A DNA stretch of 64,000 nt from Eledone cirrhosa (taxonomy: Eukaryota). Location: the NCBI GenBank assembly GCA_964016885.1, contig OZ024742.1, forward strand, positions 362,638,001 through 362,702,000. The letters run 5' to 3'. The translations under genes were made by a program, and so were the position numbers. The notes under the pieces were generated by a model. The model did no database searches and had not been told where the DNA came from. It saw nothing but the letters and a program-made list of their open reading frames with translations. Of the stretch, positions 1 through 9,805 are shown one piece after another; within the stretch, counting starts at the first letter, position 1, and every line of letters begins with the position of its first letter.

Positions 1-224
1 AGAAAGCCCATTAAAGAAAAGCCACGGTGATCCTGACCACCAGGGAAATTGTCCTCTCCCAGTTTTCCACCTTCAATTTACAGGCATATACTCAGAGTAG
101 GTCCACTCACTCGGGCCATTCTTGCCTCTCTCACCCATCTTTCAACAAAAAGCTGGGAAGAGAGCACCTCCCTCTCTACCCTGATTTTCCTTTTCAAATG
201 AAATTGCAAAAAGTTAATCAGGGC
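1..224 (-). mobile_element. 5'-truncated L1/Tx1-type element: 3'UTR plus the last ORF2 codons; diverged copy; continues left of the window
   Basis: Aligns by eye to 478-700 with many substitutions; breaks off at ...aatcagggc directly into (ATA)n. Confidence 0.85.

Positions 225-289
<65 letters not shown>
225..289. repeat. (TAA)n target/spacer tract
   Basis: Pure trinucleotide run. Confidence 0.99.
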
Positions 290-291
<2 letters not shown>

Positions 292-551
292 TTTCTTTAT
301 TAACCACAAGGGTTTACATAAAGTAGACATTAAAGACAGTGCAGGACAATGCAGGACGGTACAAATGGGCATTTCTGCGTGTAAAAAAACAAAAACAGAG
401 GATGTAACAAAAATAACAATGAAAATAACAATGAAAAATTCCCCAATAGGGGGGAGACTTCGGAGGGACATTTGTGGAGAAAGCCCAGTAAAAAGCCACA
501 ATGACCCTGACCACCAAGGCAAGTGCCCTCTCCCAGTTTTCCACCTTTAGT

Positions 552-3500
552 TTACAGATATATACTCAGAGTCGGCCCATTCACTCGGGCCATTCTTGCT
601 TCTCTCACCCATCTTTCAACAAAATGCTGGGAAGAGAGCACTTCCTTCTCTACTCTGATTTTCCTTTTCAAATGAAATTTGAAAAAGTCAATCAGAGCAT
701 CACCGAAGAGGTAAGTGCTCGTCTTCAGCCCTTTCAAACGTGTCCACCATACTATCTCTTTCGCCATGGCCACCAGACAGATAAAAACTGCCTGCCCTTC
801 CCGGCTAAAGGAGGAGGGCGGGGCAATCCTCACGATAGACTCAGATGATAGCTGGATCCGTCCTAAACGCGACAGCAGGTGTTCGACATAAACCCACAAG
901 TCAGCAATTTTCGGACACTGGACGAGTGCGTGCAGGACGGTTTCGTCGCCCTGCGCGCATCTCGGACATGCCCGGCTGACGGCACCTCCATGCCTGTAGA
1001 GTTTATCCCGAACTGGCAAGGCTCCTCGGTAGCACTGCCAGGCCAGAGATTTCTGGAAGTTGTCCATAGGCCCTGGCCCGAAAGTTCTTCCGAAGAGATT
1101 GGCTAGTTGATTTTCGTCGACGCCTAGAGTTTCCCCAAGTACGTCGTCGCTCTTCCCCTCCACTAATCCTCTATAGAACGCCGAGGTGGAGTTTCCACCG
1201 ATCACATTGCCCGATTGGTCGAGGGCTGTGAGCGCCTGAAGACATTCCAGTCTCCAGGCGCTCCCTCTCGGTCTTCGCTTGACCCAGGACTGCAGCTCCG
1301 TCAAGGAAACGAGCTGGGGAAAAACGCGTCTAGCAAACGGCGACCACACCTGATCACCGTCGAGGAAGAGGTGGAGATGTCGTAGCCTGAGCGCGTGCCT
1401 GCGCATCATCAGCCACGGCATGCCCAGCCCTCCACGTAGCGGGTGTTGACAACAGATGGACCGCCTGACCATCGGAGCACGTCCCTTCCACAAAAAGCGA
1501 AAGAGCAAACGCTCCAGCGCAGTCAGGCGAGGCTTAGGACAAGGTACGACGGTTAGGCGGTAGCAGATGACAGACGCGATGTACGCGTTAGCCACCTCCG
1601 CTCGACCTTTCAGGGATAGCTTCCTCTCCGCCCATTTCTGGGTGAGAGAAGCCACCCTGCTCGTCACCTCGTCCCAGTTTTTGTCCGTCTGGAGGTCCGG
1701 ACCGAACCAGACCCCTAGCAATTTAACCGGTCCGTCCGTCCAGCGCCCGACGACGCTGTTGGACGGCATGGACCTGCCTCTCCAGGTGCCGAGCTGCAGG
1801 CCCACTGACTTTTCCTGGTTGATCATTGCTCCTGTCACCGCTTCGTATTCTCTTAGTGTAGTGCCGATCGCCTCGATGTGTTTGGCGTTCGACACCACTA
1901 CGGTGACATCGTCCGCATATGCTGACACGGATCTTCCGCATCCTAGTTCGCGCGGGACTCCCCTCAACGTCTCCAGTTTGTGCAGTAATGGCTCGAGAGT
2001 CAATACGTACAAGAGGGACGAGAGGGGACATCCTTGGCGGACCGAGCGCATGATGTTGAACGGTTCCGACAGGTGACCGTTCACTCTCACCACAGAGCAG
2101 ATGTCGCTGTGCATGGCAGCGATCCAGCCTCTGAAGACGGGCCCAAAGCCAGCCGCCCTCAGGACTGCCGCTAGGTAACGATGGTCGACCCTATCGAAAG
2201 CTTTCGACTGATCTAAATTGATCAAGGACCCACCCGTGCCAGGTTCCCTAGCTACCCTCTCTACGATGTATCGCATGAGGTGGAGGTTGTCGTGGATGGA
2301 TCTGTCGGGAATGGCGCATGTCTGCGCCTCTCCCACCAGACCACCAACGACAAGCGCCAACCTCTTTGCTAGCACCTTGGCCAAAATCTTAAACTCTGTG
2401 TTTAGCAGAGTTATGGGCCGGAAATTGTCTATGTTATCCCCCTTGTTCGGATCCTTTCTCAGCAGTGCCACCGCTCCTCGGCTCACAGAACTGGGAATTC
2501 TCCCGTTCTGTTGCCAGTTGCAGTAGACGTCCGCCAAGAGGCCTCCGAACAAGTCTGGCATCTGTACGTAAAGTTCATAGGGCAGACCATCCAAACCAGG
2601 CGATTTACCCCTTGTGCAGCCAGTCATTGCCTCCCGTACTTCAGCGGCTGTTATCGGCTTTTCGCAACACTTCGCCTCAGTGGCCGAGAGCCGCGGCAGT
2701 CCGTCGAGGTAGACACTAAAGTCCATCCCTCTACCCGGCCCCCCGCTGCCCCCGAACAGCTGAGCGAAGTGTCGCTGAAAAGCTTCACACATTTGCCCGG
2801 GATCGAGTAGCATGCGCCCGTCGTGGTCCACCAAAGACCGGATCGTGGCTTTGTTGCCACGACGCGCCTCCGCCACTCGGGCCCATTGAACGGCTTTCGT
2901 CCCCTCGTGTCTGAGAGCACGCACCCTAGCTCTGACAACGCAGCCTTCGTGCTTTGCATTGAAGAATTGGTCAAGGGCCAATTTCGCCGCAAGCACGTCG
3001 GTCGCAATGCCTTTGCTAAGCGCCTCGTCTAATTTTCTAACTAGTTCTCCCTCTGCTCTATTTTTCTCTATTGCTAAAGCCTTACTAAACCTAATCGATT
3101 CTATTCTAATCGCTCTTTTCAGAGCAAACCACCACTTGTTGTTGACGATGGCCCCCGTCAACGCCCGCTTAACTAGTTCGCTAATCCGGTCTCTGTAGGC
3201 CTTGCGCGCTGGTAAGGACGCGTTTAGCTTCCAGTAGCCGGGTCCTCGTCTATGAAGCCTATCTAAGTCAAGCACACAGGTCACGAATTTGTGGTCCGTG
3301 TAGCTGACTATCTTGAATTGTGGACAGCCTATGCTAGACCTATCTATTTCCCTACAAAATACTCTTTCTAGATATGATCTGGATGACCCTATGCGGTTTG
3401 TCCAAGTCCACATTGGCACATTCGGGAAATCCAATCGGTACCTGTCAGACAGTTCAAAACGCCTGAGCAGGTTGGTGAGGCTCTTGCACCCTCCACCCCT

Positions 3501-3971
3501 ATCCGCTAATCCCACACAGTCCCAGCGTGCATCTAAGATCCCGTTCCAGTCGCCCACTAACACTAAAGAGCGGGACGTTCCAAGAAAGGTCTCCAGACGC
3601 CGGAAGAAATCAGGCCGCCCTGTTCCTGTCGGGGCATAGACGGCCACTAGCCTGAAAGCTTGCCCGTCTCCGCTGGTTACGTCCAGCACCACCAGCTTAC
3701 CCTCTGGGTCCAGGAAGATGGCCCGTATGGCGAGATCCAAACCTCTCCGAAAAAGCACAGCAACTCCTCCACCCGATCCAGGACGGCTGGGAGATGCGTA
3801 CACGTCGTAGCCGCCGAAGATCGGTGCGAAGGCCCGTGCTTCGGAGATTCTGGTCTCGCTGATGGCCACTACATCTATGTTTAGTGACCTGAGGTCGTTG
3901 AGCAGGTGACCCTGCTTCCATGACGACCCCAAGCCACGCGCATTTATGCTGCCTATTCTGAGTGAGGTCAT
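552..3971 (-). CDS. ORF2: apurinic-like endonuclease + reverse transcriptase + C-terminal CCHC (1139 aa)
   Basis: APE motifs SINARGL, SETR, VGDWN, YTDH; RT motifs KSPGLDG, FRPITLLN, DQSKAFD, RQGCPLS, YADD; CPRC-x8-H-x4-C. Confidence 0.96.
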   Translation of the reverse strand: MTSLRIGSINARGLGSSWKQGHLLNDLRSLNIDVVAISETRISEARAFAPIFGGYDVYASPSRPGSGGGVAVLFRRGLDLAIRAIFLDPEGKLVVLDVTSGDGQAFRLVAVYAPTGTGRPDFFRRLETFLGTSRSLVLVGDWNGILDARWDCVGLADRGGGCKSLTNLLRRFELSDRYRLDFPNVPMWTWTNRIGSSRSYLERVFCREIDRSSIGCPQFKIVSYTDHKFVTCVLDLDRLHRRGPGYWKLNASLPARKAYRDRISELVKRALTGAIVNNKWWFALKRAIRIESIRFSKALAIEKNRAEGELVRKLDEALSKGIATDVLAAKLALDQFFNAKHEGCVVRARVRALRHEGTKAVQWARVAEARRGNKATIRSLVDHDGRMLLDPGQMCEAFQRHFAQLFGGSGGPGRGMDFSVYLDGLPRLSATEAKCCEKPITAAEVREAMTGCTRGKSPGLDGLPYELYVQMPDLFGGLLADVYCNWQQNGRIPSSVSRGAVALLRKDPNKGDNIDNFRPITLLNTEFKILAKVLAKRLALVVGGLVGEAQTCAIPDRSIHDNLHLMRYIVERVAREPGTGGSLINLDQSKAFDRVDHRYLAAVLRAAGFGPVFRGWIAAMHSDICSVVRVNGHLSEPFNIMRSVRQGCPLSSLLYVLTLEPLLHKLETLRGVPRELGCGRSVSAYADDVTVVVSNAKHIEAIGTTLREYEAVTGAMINQEKSVGLQLGTWRGRSMPSNSVVGRWTDGPVKLLGVWFGPDLQTDKNWDEVTSRVASLTQKWAERKLSLKGRAEVANAYIASVICYRLTVVPCPKPRLTALERLLFRFLWKGRAPMVRRSICCQHPLRGGLGMPWLMMRRHALRLRHLHLFLDGDQVWSPFARRVFPQLVSLTELQSWVKRRPRGSAWRLECLQALTALDQSGNVIGGNSTSAFYRGLVEGKSDDVLGETLGVDENQLANLFGRTFGPGPMDNFQKSLAWQCYRGALPVRDKLYRHGGAVSRACPRCAQGDETVLHALVQCPKIADLWVYVEHLLSRLGRIQLSSESIVRIAPPSSFSREGQAVFICLVAMAKEIVWWTRLKGLKTSTYLFGDALIDFFKFHLKRKIRVEKEVLSSQHFVERWVREARMARVNGPTLSIYL

Positions 3972-4006
3972 GTTTAAAATAGAGTGGAAAAGATGGGAAA
4001 GACCAC

Positions 4007-6103
4007 TTACCGTACTTTTGGTAGAGGAGGGATGGTTTTTACATCCCTTTTCACTTGATCGTCTGGTGAAGGGACCGTTGAATCGTCCCTTCGGCTGGTC
4101 GTCGGCTCTTCTAAGAGAATGTCTGAGTATACTCTTCGATTGATGGTTCCTCCTAGGTCCCTGAAATCACCAACTGCGTTGGGGAATTTCGTTTTAATAT
4201 TTGTGTATTGTTTCTGTGCTATTTTTAGCAGTCTTATGTTAGTTGGCGTTTTGATTGGTGCTGGTATTATGTAGTCCTGTTGTGAAATGTCTGTGTGTTC
4301 AATTATGTAAGTCATTAGTTTCTTGTTGTGTGTATTTATTGCCGTGCATTTGTTTTTCTGGGGGTGGGGTGTGGTTCTGCTATTTTCTTGTCGTTGTTGC
4401 TGGGTGTGTGTGTTTTGTTGTTGTGTTTGCGATGTTGGTGCTTGTGGTGGTGGTGTTGAAGGTGTTGTTGGCGGTGGGGTTGTCGCCGGTGGTGATGGTG
4501 GCGCTAGTGTGGGTGGTGATGGTGTTGGTGTTGTTGCTGCTGTGGGTCTCTTTGCAGTAGACTTTACCCTTTTCTCATTTCTTTCCTCACTTTTCAAAGG
4601 CGACGATGCGCTGCTTCTGCGTTTGTGCCTTCTTACGACCTTTTGCCATCTCTCTCCCACCTCACACTCCATGTCTGATTCTGTGAGGTCGGGGAGGGGT
4701 ACCAACTCCACTCTTTCACTTGTTGTTGTTGGTGATGTTTGCACTGGAGTCTCTGTTGCAGCTGCATTTGGTATTGCTGTTGTTGTTGTTAGTATTTCCA
4801 CTGCTGCTGCTGTTTTTGATTTCCGTGGAGTGGGTATGGGTGCCACGGGCCTATCGTTCCTGGTTGCCGCTTGTCCTGTTGCTGGTAGCCGTGGAGCCGG
4901 ATTCGGAAGGAGGGGGGTTTTCTCCTTTCTCAGGGTCTTCTCGTTGCAGAAGGCCCTGAGGTGAGTCTTCGATCCACAGCGAAAGCATTTCGGGCGTTTG
5001 CCCTCAACACTTATGGGCAGTTGAGTGCCGTTATCGAAGTCTATCACATCCGGGATAGCTTCGATGCACTCCTGGTTGGTTTGGATTAGCATCTCAATGG
5101 AGGAGCCGACCCAATCTTCTCTTACTTTTTTTTGTACTTGCAGTACAGTTGTTTTGTCCTCGATTCCGACGAGGACAGACGCGGCCAGCCAAGAAGGGGT
5201 CATTCCGGGGGGGACGTGGGTCAGTTTGACCCTCACAATTTTTTGCCCACAGTAGGAGGGCACCAACACCATTTCCTCGCTCCTTAGGGTCACTACTGAT
5301 TGGGCCTTTGCCTCCTGGGGTGTGGCAAAAAGTACGTCTACGGTGGCATATTTTTTGCCTCGGGTGATGTGCGTTTTCCGCTGCCACACAGACCCCAAGG
5401 CTTTTTGTATTTGGGCCTCTGTGGCTCTTTCCACCCTACGGGATTTTGTACTTACTGTACGGTACGTGACCGTACAGTGCTCTTGGGTTTCGAAAAAATT
5501 TTTCGCTGCCTTGCAGATTGCTCGGTGTCCGTTCTTTGTCACCATCTTCTTCGCTTCCTCTAATTCCTCATTTGTTATGAGGATTGTTTCCAAGTTTTTC
5601 GCAATACCTGCAAATGAGATTGGTTTTTCTCTGCTGTTGTTGTTGTCGTCAGAGCTGCTGGTACTTTTGTTGTTGCTGCAGGTACTACGACTACTGCCTC
5701 CGCCGCTGTTGCTGTGGTTGTTGTTGGTGTTGCTGCTGCTAATGCTGTTGTTGTTTATGCTGCTGGTGATGCTGTTTCGGCTGCTACTGTTGTTTTCATT
5801 GTCACTGTTGCTGTTGTTATTACGGCTGCTACTGCTATTATTCCTGACGTCAGACGAATGAACTGGGTTTTCGTATTTCCCGCACACCTGTTTCGTCGCT
5901 GTCGTCGTCGTCGTGGAGAAACCTTGCACGCTTTGCACGAGACTTTTCTTTTCTTTCGTCACTTGCGAAAGAGAAGGGAGGGAGAGAGACACATTTAAAG
6001 AAGGGAGGGAGAGAGACAATCTTCTCTCTGCTGTAGTGATGATTGAGGAAGAAGAAGACGGAATGAGTGGGAGTGACGTATGAAATTTCTTTTTCGTAGC
6101 CAT
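4007..6103 (-). CDS. ORF1 gag-like nucleic-acid-binding protein (698 aa)
   Basis: CFRCGSKTHLRAFC (CX2CX4HX4C) knuckle, RRM-like central region, S/N-rich and P/T-rich low-complexity flanks; upstream of ORF2. Confidence 0.9.
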   Translation of the reverse strand: MATKKKFHTSLPLIPSSSSSIITTAERRLSLSLPSLNVSLSLPSLSQVTKEKKSLVQSVQGFSTTTTTATKQVCGKYENPVHSSDVRNNSSSSRNNNSNSDNENNSSSRNSITSSINNNSISSSNTNNNHSNSGGGSSRSTCSNNKSTSSSDDNNNSREKPISFAGIAKNLETILITNEELEEAKKMVTKNGHRAICKAAKNFFETQEHCTVTYRTVSTKSRRVERATEAQIQKALGSVWQRKTHITRGKKYATVDVLFATPQEAKAQSVVTLRSEEMVLVPSYCGQKIVRVKLTHVPPGMTPSWLAASVLVGIEDKTTVLQVQKKVREDWVGSSIEMLIQTNQECIEAIPDVIDFDNGTQLPISVEGKRPKCFRCGSKTHLRAFCNEKTLRKEKTPLLPNPAPRLPATGQAATRNDRPVAPIPTPRKSKTAAAVEILTTTTAIPNAAATETPVQTSPTTTSERVELVPLPDLTESDMECEVGERWQKVVRRHKRRSSASSPLKSEERNEKRVKSTAKRPTAATTPTPSPPTLAPPSPPATTPPPTTPSTPPPQAPTSQTQQQNTHTQQQRQENSRTTPHPQKNKCTAINTHNKKLMTYIIEHTDISQQDYIIPAPIKTPTNIRLLKIAQKQYTNIKTKFPNAVGDFRDLGGTINRRVYSDILLEEPTTSRRDDSTVPSPDDQVKRDVKTIPPLPKVR

Positions 6104-6317
6104 GTTGTTTTTTGTTTAAAATGAATATTGGGTACAAAACCCCAATAACTGGTTATTTAACCCCGAAGGGCCAAATAACGGACAGAAAGACCCCTCTCAC
6201 GAGGAGGAGGGTGTCTTTATCAACAATTTGGTTCAAGTTTTAAACAATTTACAATTGTTTTAACGGTCAAAAATTACTATACCTTACAGAGCCGAGCCTC
6301 CGTCAACCATGGCATTC

Positions 6318-6365
<48 letters not shown>
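6318..6365. repeat. (TAA)n target/spacer tract
   Basis: Pure run. Confidence 0.99.
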
Positions 6366-7817
6366 TGTCCGTATTTTCAGCAGTGATATATGTATGCAGT
6401 TTGGTATTGGTAAATGTGGAGTCATTGTGATGAAGAGGGGTAGGTTGAGCAGAAGTAACGGGATCCAGATACCAACAGGTGAGATGATAAAGGAAATTGA
6501 CTCTGAGGAAGGATACAAGTATTTGGGCGTTCTGGAGGCTGATGGCATAAAGAACAAAAAAATGAAGGAATTGTTAAGAACTGAATACATTCGGAGAGTA
6601 AGGAGCGTATTGAAGTCACACCTGAACAGCAGAAATGCCATAAGCGCAGTAAATTCCCGAGCTGTGTCTATTATTAGGTACAGTGCGGGAATTCTGAGAT
6701 GGAATGTTGCTGAACAAAAAGAAATGGATAGGAAGACTAGGAAGCTATTGACTATCTACAACATGTTCCACAAGAGGAGTGATGTCGATAGACTCTACCT
6801 AAGGAGATCTGAGGGTGGAAGAGGTCTTATCAGCATAGAGGACTGTGTTCAGATGGAGAAAAACAACCTATACAAATACGTGACCTATAGTAAGGAGCCA
6901 ATGCTCAGAACTGTACTGAAGGAGGGGACAGTAGGCCAGGGGATGTCCAGGGAGGAAATAACATCAAGGAGGAAGAGCAGCCTTAAGGGAAAATCCCTTC
7001 ATAGTACCTTCTTTGAGAAAACTGAATTTAGAGATCCACAGACATGGAACTGGTTGAGAAGAGGAGACCTCAAAAAGGCTACAGAAGGAATGCTAATGGC
7101 TGCGCAGGAGCAGGCCCTCAAAACGAAGTGGTTGAAGCACCATATCTACAAGGAGGAGGCTAGCCCACTGTGCAGGATCTGTGGAGAGAGAGAGGAGACT
7201 GTGGCTCACATTGTGTCCGAGTGTAAACACCTAGCCCAGACCCACTATAAGGGCTGGAGACACGATGTGATAGGCAGGGTGATCCACTGGCACCTGTGCA
7301 AAGTAAACAATCTACCACATTCTGAGAAATGTTATGAGCATAGGCCAGAGGCGGTGATGGAGAACAATCAGGTGAAGGTGCTGTGGGATTTTAGGATACA
7401 GACGGACAAAAAACTGGAACACAATAGACCTGACCTGGTGGTTGTGGACAAAGAAAAAAGATCGTGCCTGATTGTGGATGTGGCCTGCCCGTTCGACACG
7501 AGAGTGCAAGAGAAGGAGAGGGAGAAAATTAACCGATACCAGGACCTAAAGTGGGAGGTGAAAAGGATTTGGAACTGCCATGAAGTCAAAGTGATCCCGA
7601 TTGTCATAGGCGCACTGTGGACTATCTCCAAAAGTTTCCAGGGATGGTTAAAGAAAATCGGCCCCTTCACGCATTTTGGAATGCTTCAAAAGGCATGCTT
7701 GCTTGGAACAGCAAGAACCCTCCGATACGTCCTGAATATCTGAGGCTGCAGGTAGTGGCTTGATATTCAATCCAACGGACTTTCCAGTTAACCAACATCA
7801 ATGACTGAGATTCATGG
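6366..7817 (+). mobile_element. 5'-truncated R4/Dong-clade element, family D1 (copy D1-1)
   Basis: Starts mid-RT at tgtccgtatt (cf. 24308); open frame 6394-7743 with CRIC-x8-H-x4-C, RHD and RPDLVVVD..D..EK RLE motifs; short 3'UTR then AATAAC(AAT)n. Confidence 0.93.
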
Positions 7818-7829
7818 AATAACAATAAC

Positions 7830-7872
<43 letters not shown>
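7818..7872. repeat. AATAACAATAAC(AAT)n tail/spacer
   Basis: Direct reading. Confidence 0.98.
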
Positions 7873-7876
<4 letters not shown>

Positions 7877-9525
7877 CTAACCAACTGGAAATCGCCAGGC
7901 CCAGATGGTGTGCAGGGGTATTGGATTAAACATTTAACATCCCTCCACCCGAAGCTGACGGCCATGTTCAATGACTACTTGGTGTCGGGTGAGGTGCCAG
8001 AGTGGTTGACAAAAGGTACCACAGTTCTGATAATGAAAGACCGAATCAAGGGTAATGATGTTACCAACTATAGACCTATCACATGTCTGTCCGTAATGTG
8101 GAAACTGTTGACGAGCATTGTGTCTGAGGAAATCTACCATCACCTCCACACAAACAACTTGTTACCGGACGAACAGAAAGGATGCCGAAAGAAGTCACCT
8201 GGTACAAAGGACCAGTTACTTATTGATAAGATGGTAATGGGGAATTGCAGGAGGAGACACACTGATCTTGCCATGGGATGGATAGACTACAGAAAGGCAT
8301 TTGACATGGTGCCTCATTCTTGGATCACCAAAAGCCTGGAGATCTTCAGGGTGGCAGATAACATCAGACAGTTGCTAGGCAGGAGTATGGGGTCCTGGGA
8401 GACAGAGTTGACATCAACTGGAGTATCCTTGGGAAGCGTGAAGATCAAGAGAGGTATCTTCCAGGGAGATAGCCTGTCCCCTCTGTTGTTTGTCCTTGCC
8501 CTGATGCCCTTGACCATTATGCTGCGAAAAGTGAGAGCAGGATACAAGTTGGGAAGGGGAGAGCTTACCATCAATCACCTCCTCTTCATGGACGATCTTA
8601 AGCTCTTCGGGAAAAGTGAGAAGGAGTTGGATGTGCTTGTTGACACTGTCCGTATTTTCAGCAGTGATATATGTATGCAGTTTGGTATTGGTAAATGTGG
8701 AGTCATTGTGATGAGGAGGGGTAGGTTGAGCAGAAGTAACGGGATCCAGATACCAACAGGTGAGATGATAAAGGAAATTGACTCTGAGGAAGGATACAAG
8801 TATTTGGGCGTTCTGGAGGCTGATGGCATAAAGAACAAAAAAATGAAGGAATTGTTAAGAACTGAATACATTCGGAGAGTAAGGAGCGTATTGAAGTCAC
8901 ATCTGAACAGCAGAAATGCCATACGCGCAGTAAATTCCCGAGCAGTGTCTATTATTAGGTACAGTGCGGGAATTCTGAGATGGAATGTTGCTGAACAAAA
9001 ATGAATGGATAGGAAGACTAGGAAGCTATTGACTATCTACAACATGTTCCACAAGAGGAGTGATGTCGATAGACTCTACTTAAGGAGATCTGAAGGTGGA
9101 AGAGGTCTTATCAGCATAGAGCACTGTGTTCAGATGGAGAAAAATAACCTACACAAATACGTGACTAACAGTAGGGAGTCAATGCTCAGAACTGTACTGA
9201 AGGAGGGGTCAATAGACCAGGGGATGTCCAAGGAGGAAATAACATACCAGGACCTAAAGTGGGAGGTGAAAAGAATTTGGAACTGCCATGAAGTCAAAGT
9301 GATCCCGATTGTCATAGGCGCACTGGGGACTATCTTCAAAGGTTTCCAGGGATGGTTAAAGAAAATCGGCCCCTTCACGCTTTTTGGAACGCTTCAAAAG
9401 GCATGCTTGCTTGGAACAGCAAGAACCCTCCGATACGTCCTGAATATCTGAGGCTGCAGGTAGTGGCTTGATATTCAATCCAACGGACTTTCCAGTTAAC
9501 CAACATCAATGACTGAGATTCAAGG
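7873..9525 (+). mobile_element. 5'-truncated D1 copy (D1-2) with TGA at 9002-9004 and a 573-bp in-frame internal deletion
   Basis: RT frame 7910-9004 (LFMDD); second frame 9005-9451 is 191 aa shorter than 19392-20411; junction aacat|accag at ~9245. Confidence 0.92.
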
Positions 9526-9561
9526 AATAACAACAATAATAATAATAATAATAATAATAAT
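9526..9561. repeat. (AAT)n tail/spacer with AAC units
   Basis: Direct reading. Confidence 0.98.
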
Positions 9562-9805
9562 GTTTTCTTTATTAACCACAAGGGTTTACATAAAGTAGAC
9601 ATTAAGGACAGTACAGGACAATACAGGACGGTACAAATGGGCATTTCTGTGTGTAAAAAAAACGGAGGTTGGAATAAAATAACAAAGAAAAATTCCCCAA
9701 TAGGGGGGAGACTTCCGAGGGACATTTGTGGAGAAAGCCCATTAAAAGACCACAGTGGCCCTGACCACCAGGGCAAGTGCCCTCTCCCAGTTTTCCACCT
9801 TTAAT

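Larger units (their letters stand above)
290..6317 (-). mobile_element. Full-length L1/Tx1-clade non-LTR retrotransposon, family A, copy A1 (~6.0 kb)
   Basis: Two open ORFs; 5' end GAATGCCATGG and 3' end AATAAAGAAATC match other copies; flanked by (TAA)n on both sides. Confidence 0.95.

Noticed and set aside
879-5998. Many recurrent antisense or alternate-frame ORFs (e.g. 1567-2076, 4323-4964, 5322-5861 and their copies)
   Set aside because: Shadows of GC-rich or low-complexity coding sequence; they recur only because the elements are repeated; no domain motifs
6267-6317. Tx1 5' end resembling a spliced-leader RNA (hairpin, AAG|GTA at +35, Sm-like AATTTTTGA)
   Set aside because: The Sm-like motif reads AATTTTTAA in intact A5/A6, lies too close to the donor, and donor +4 to +6 positions vary between copies
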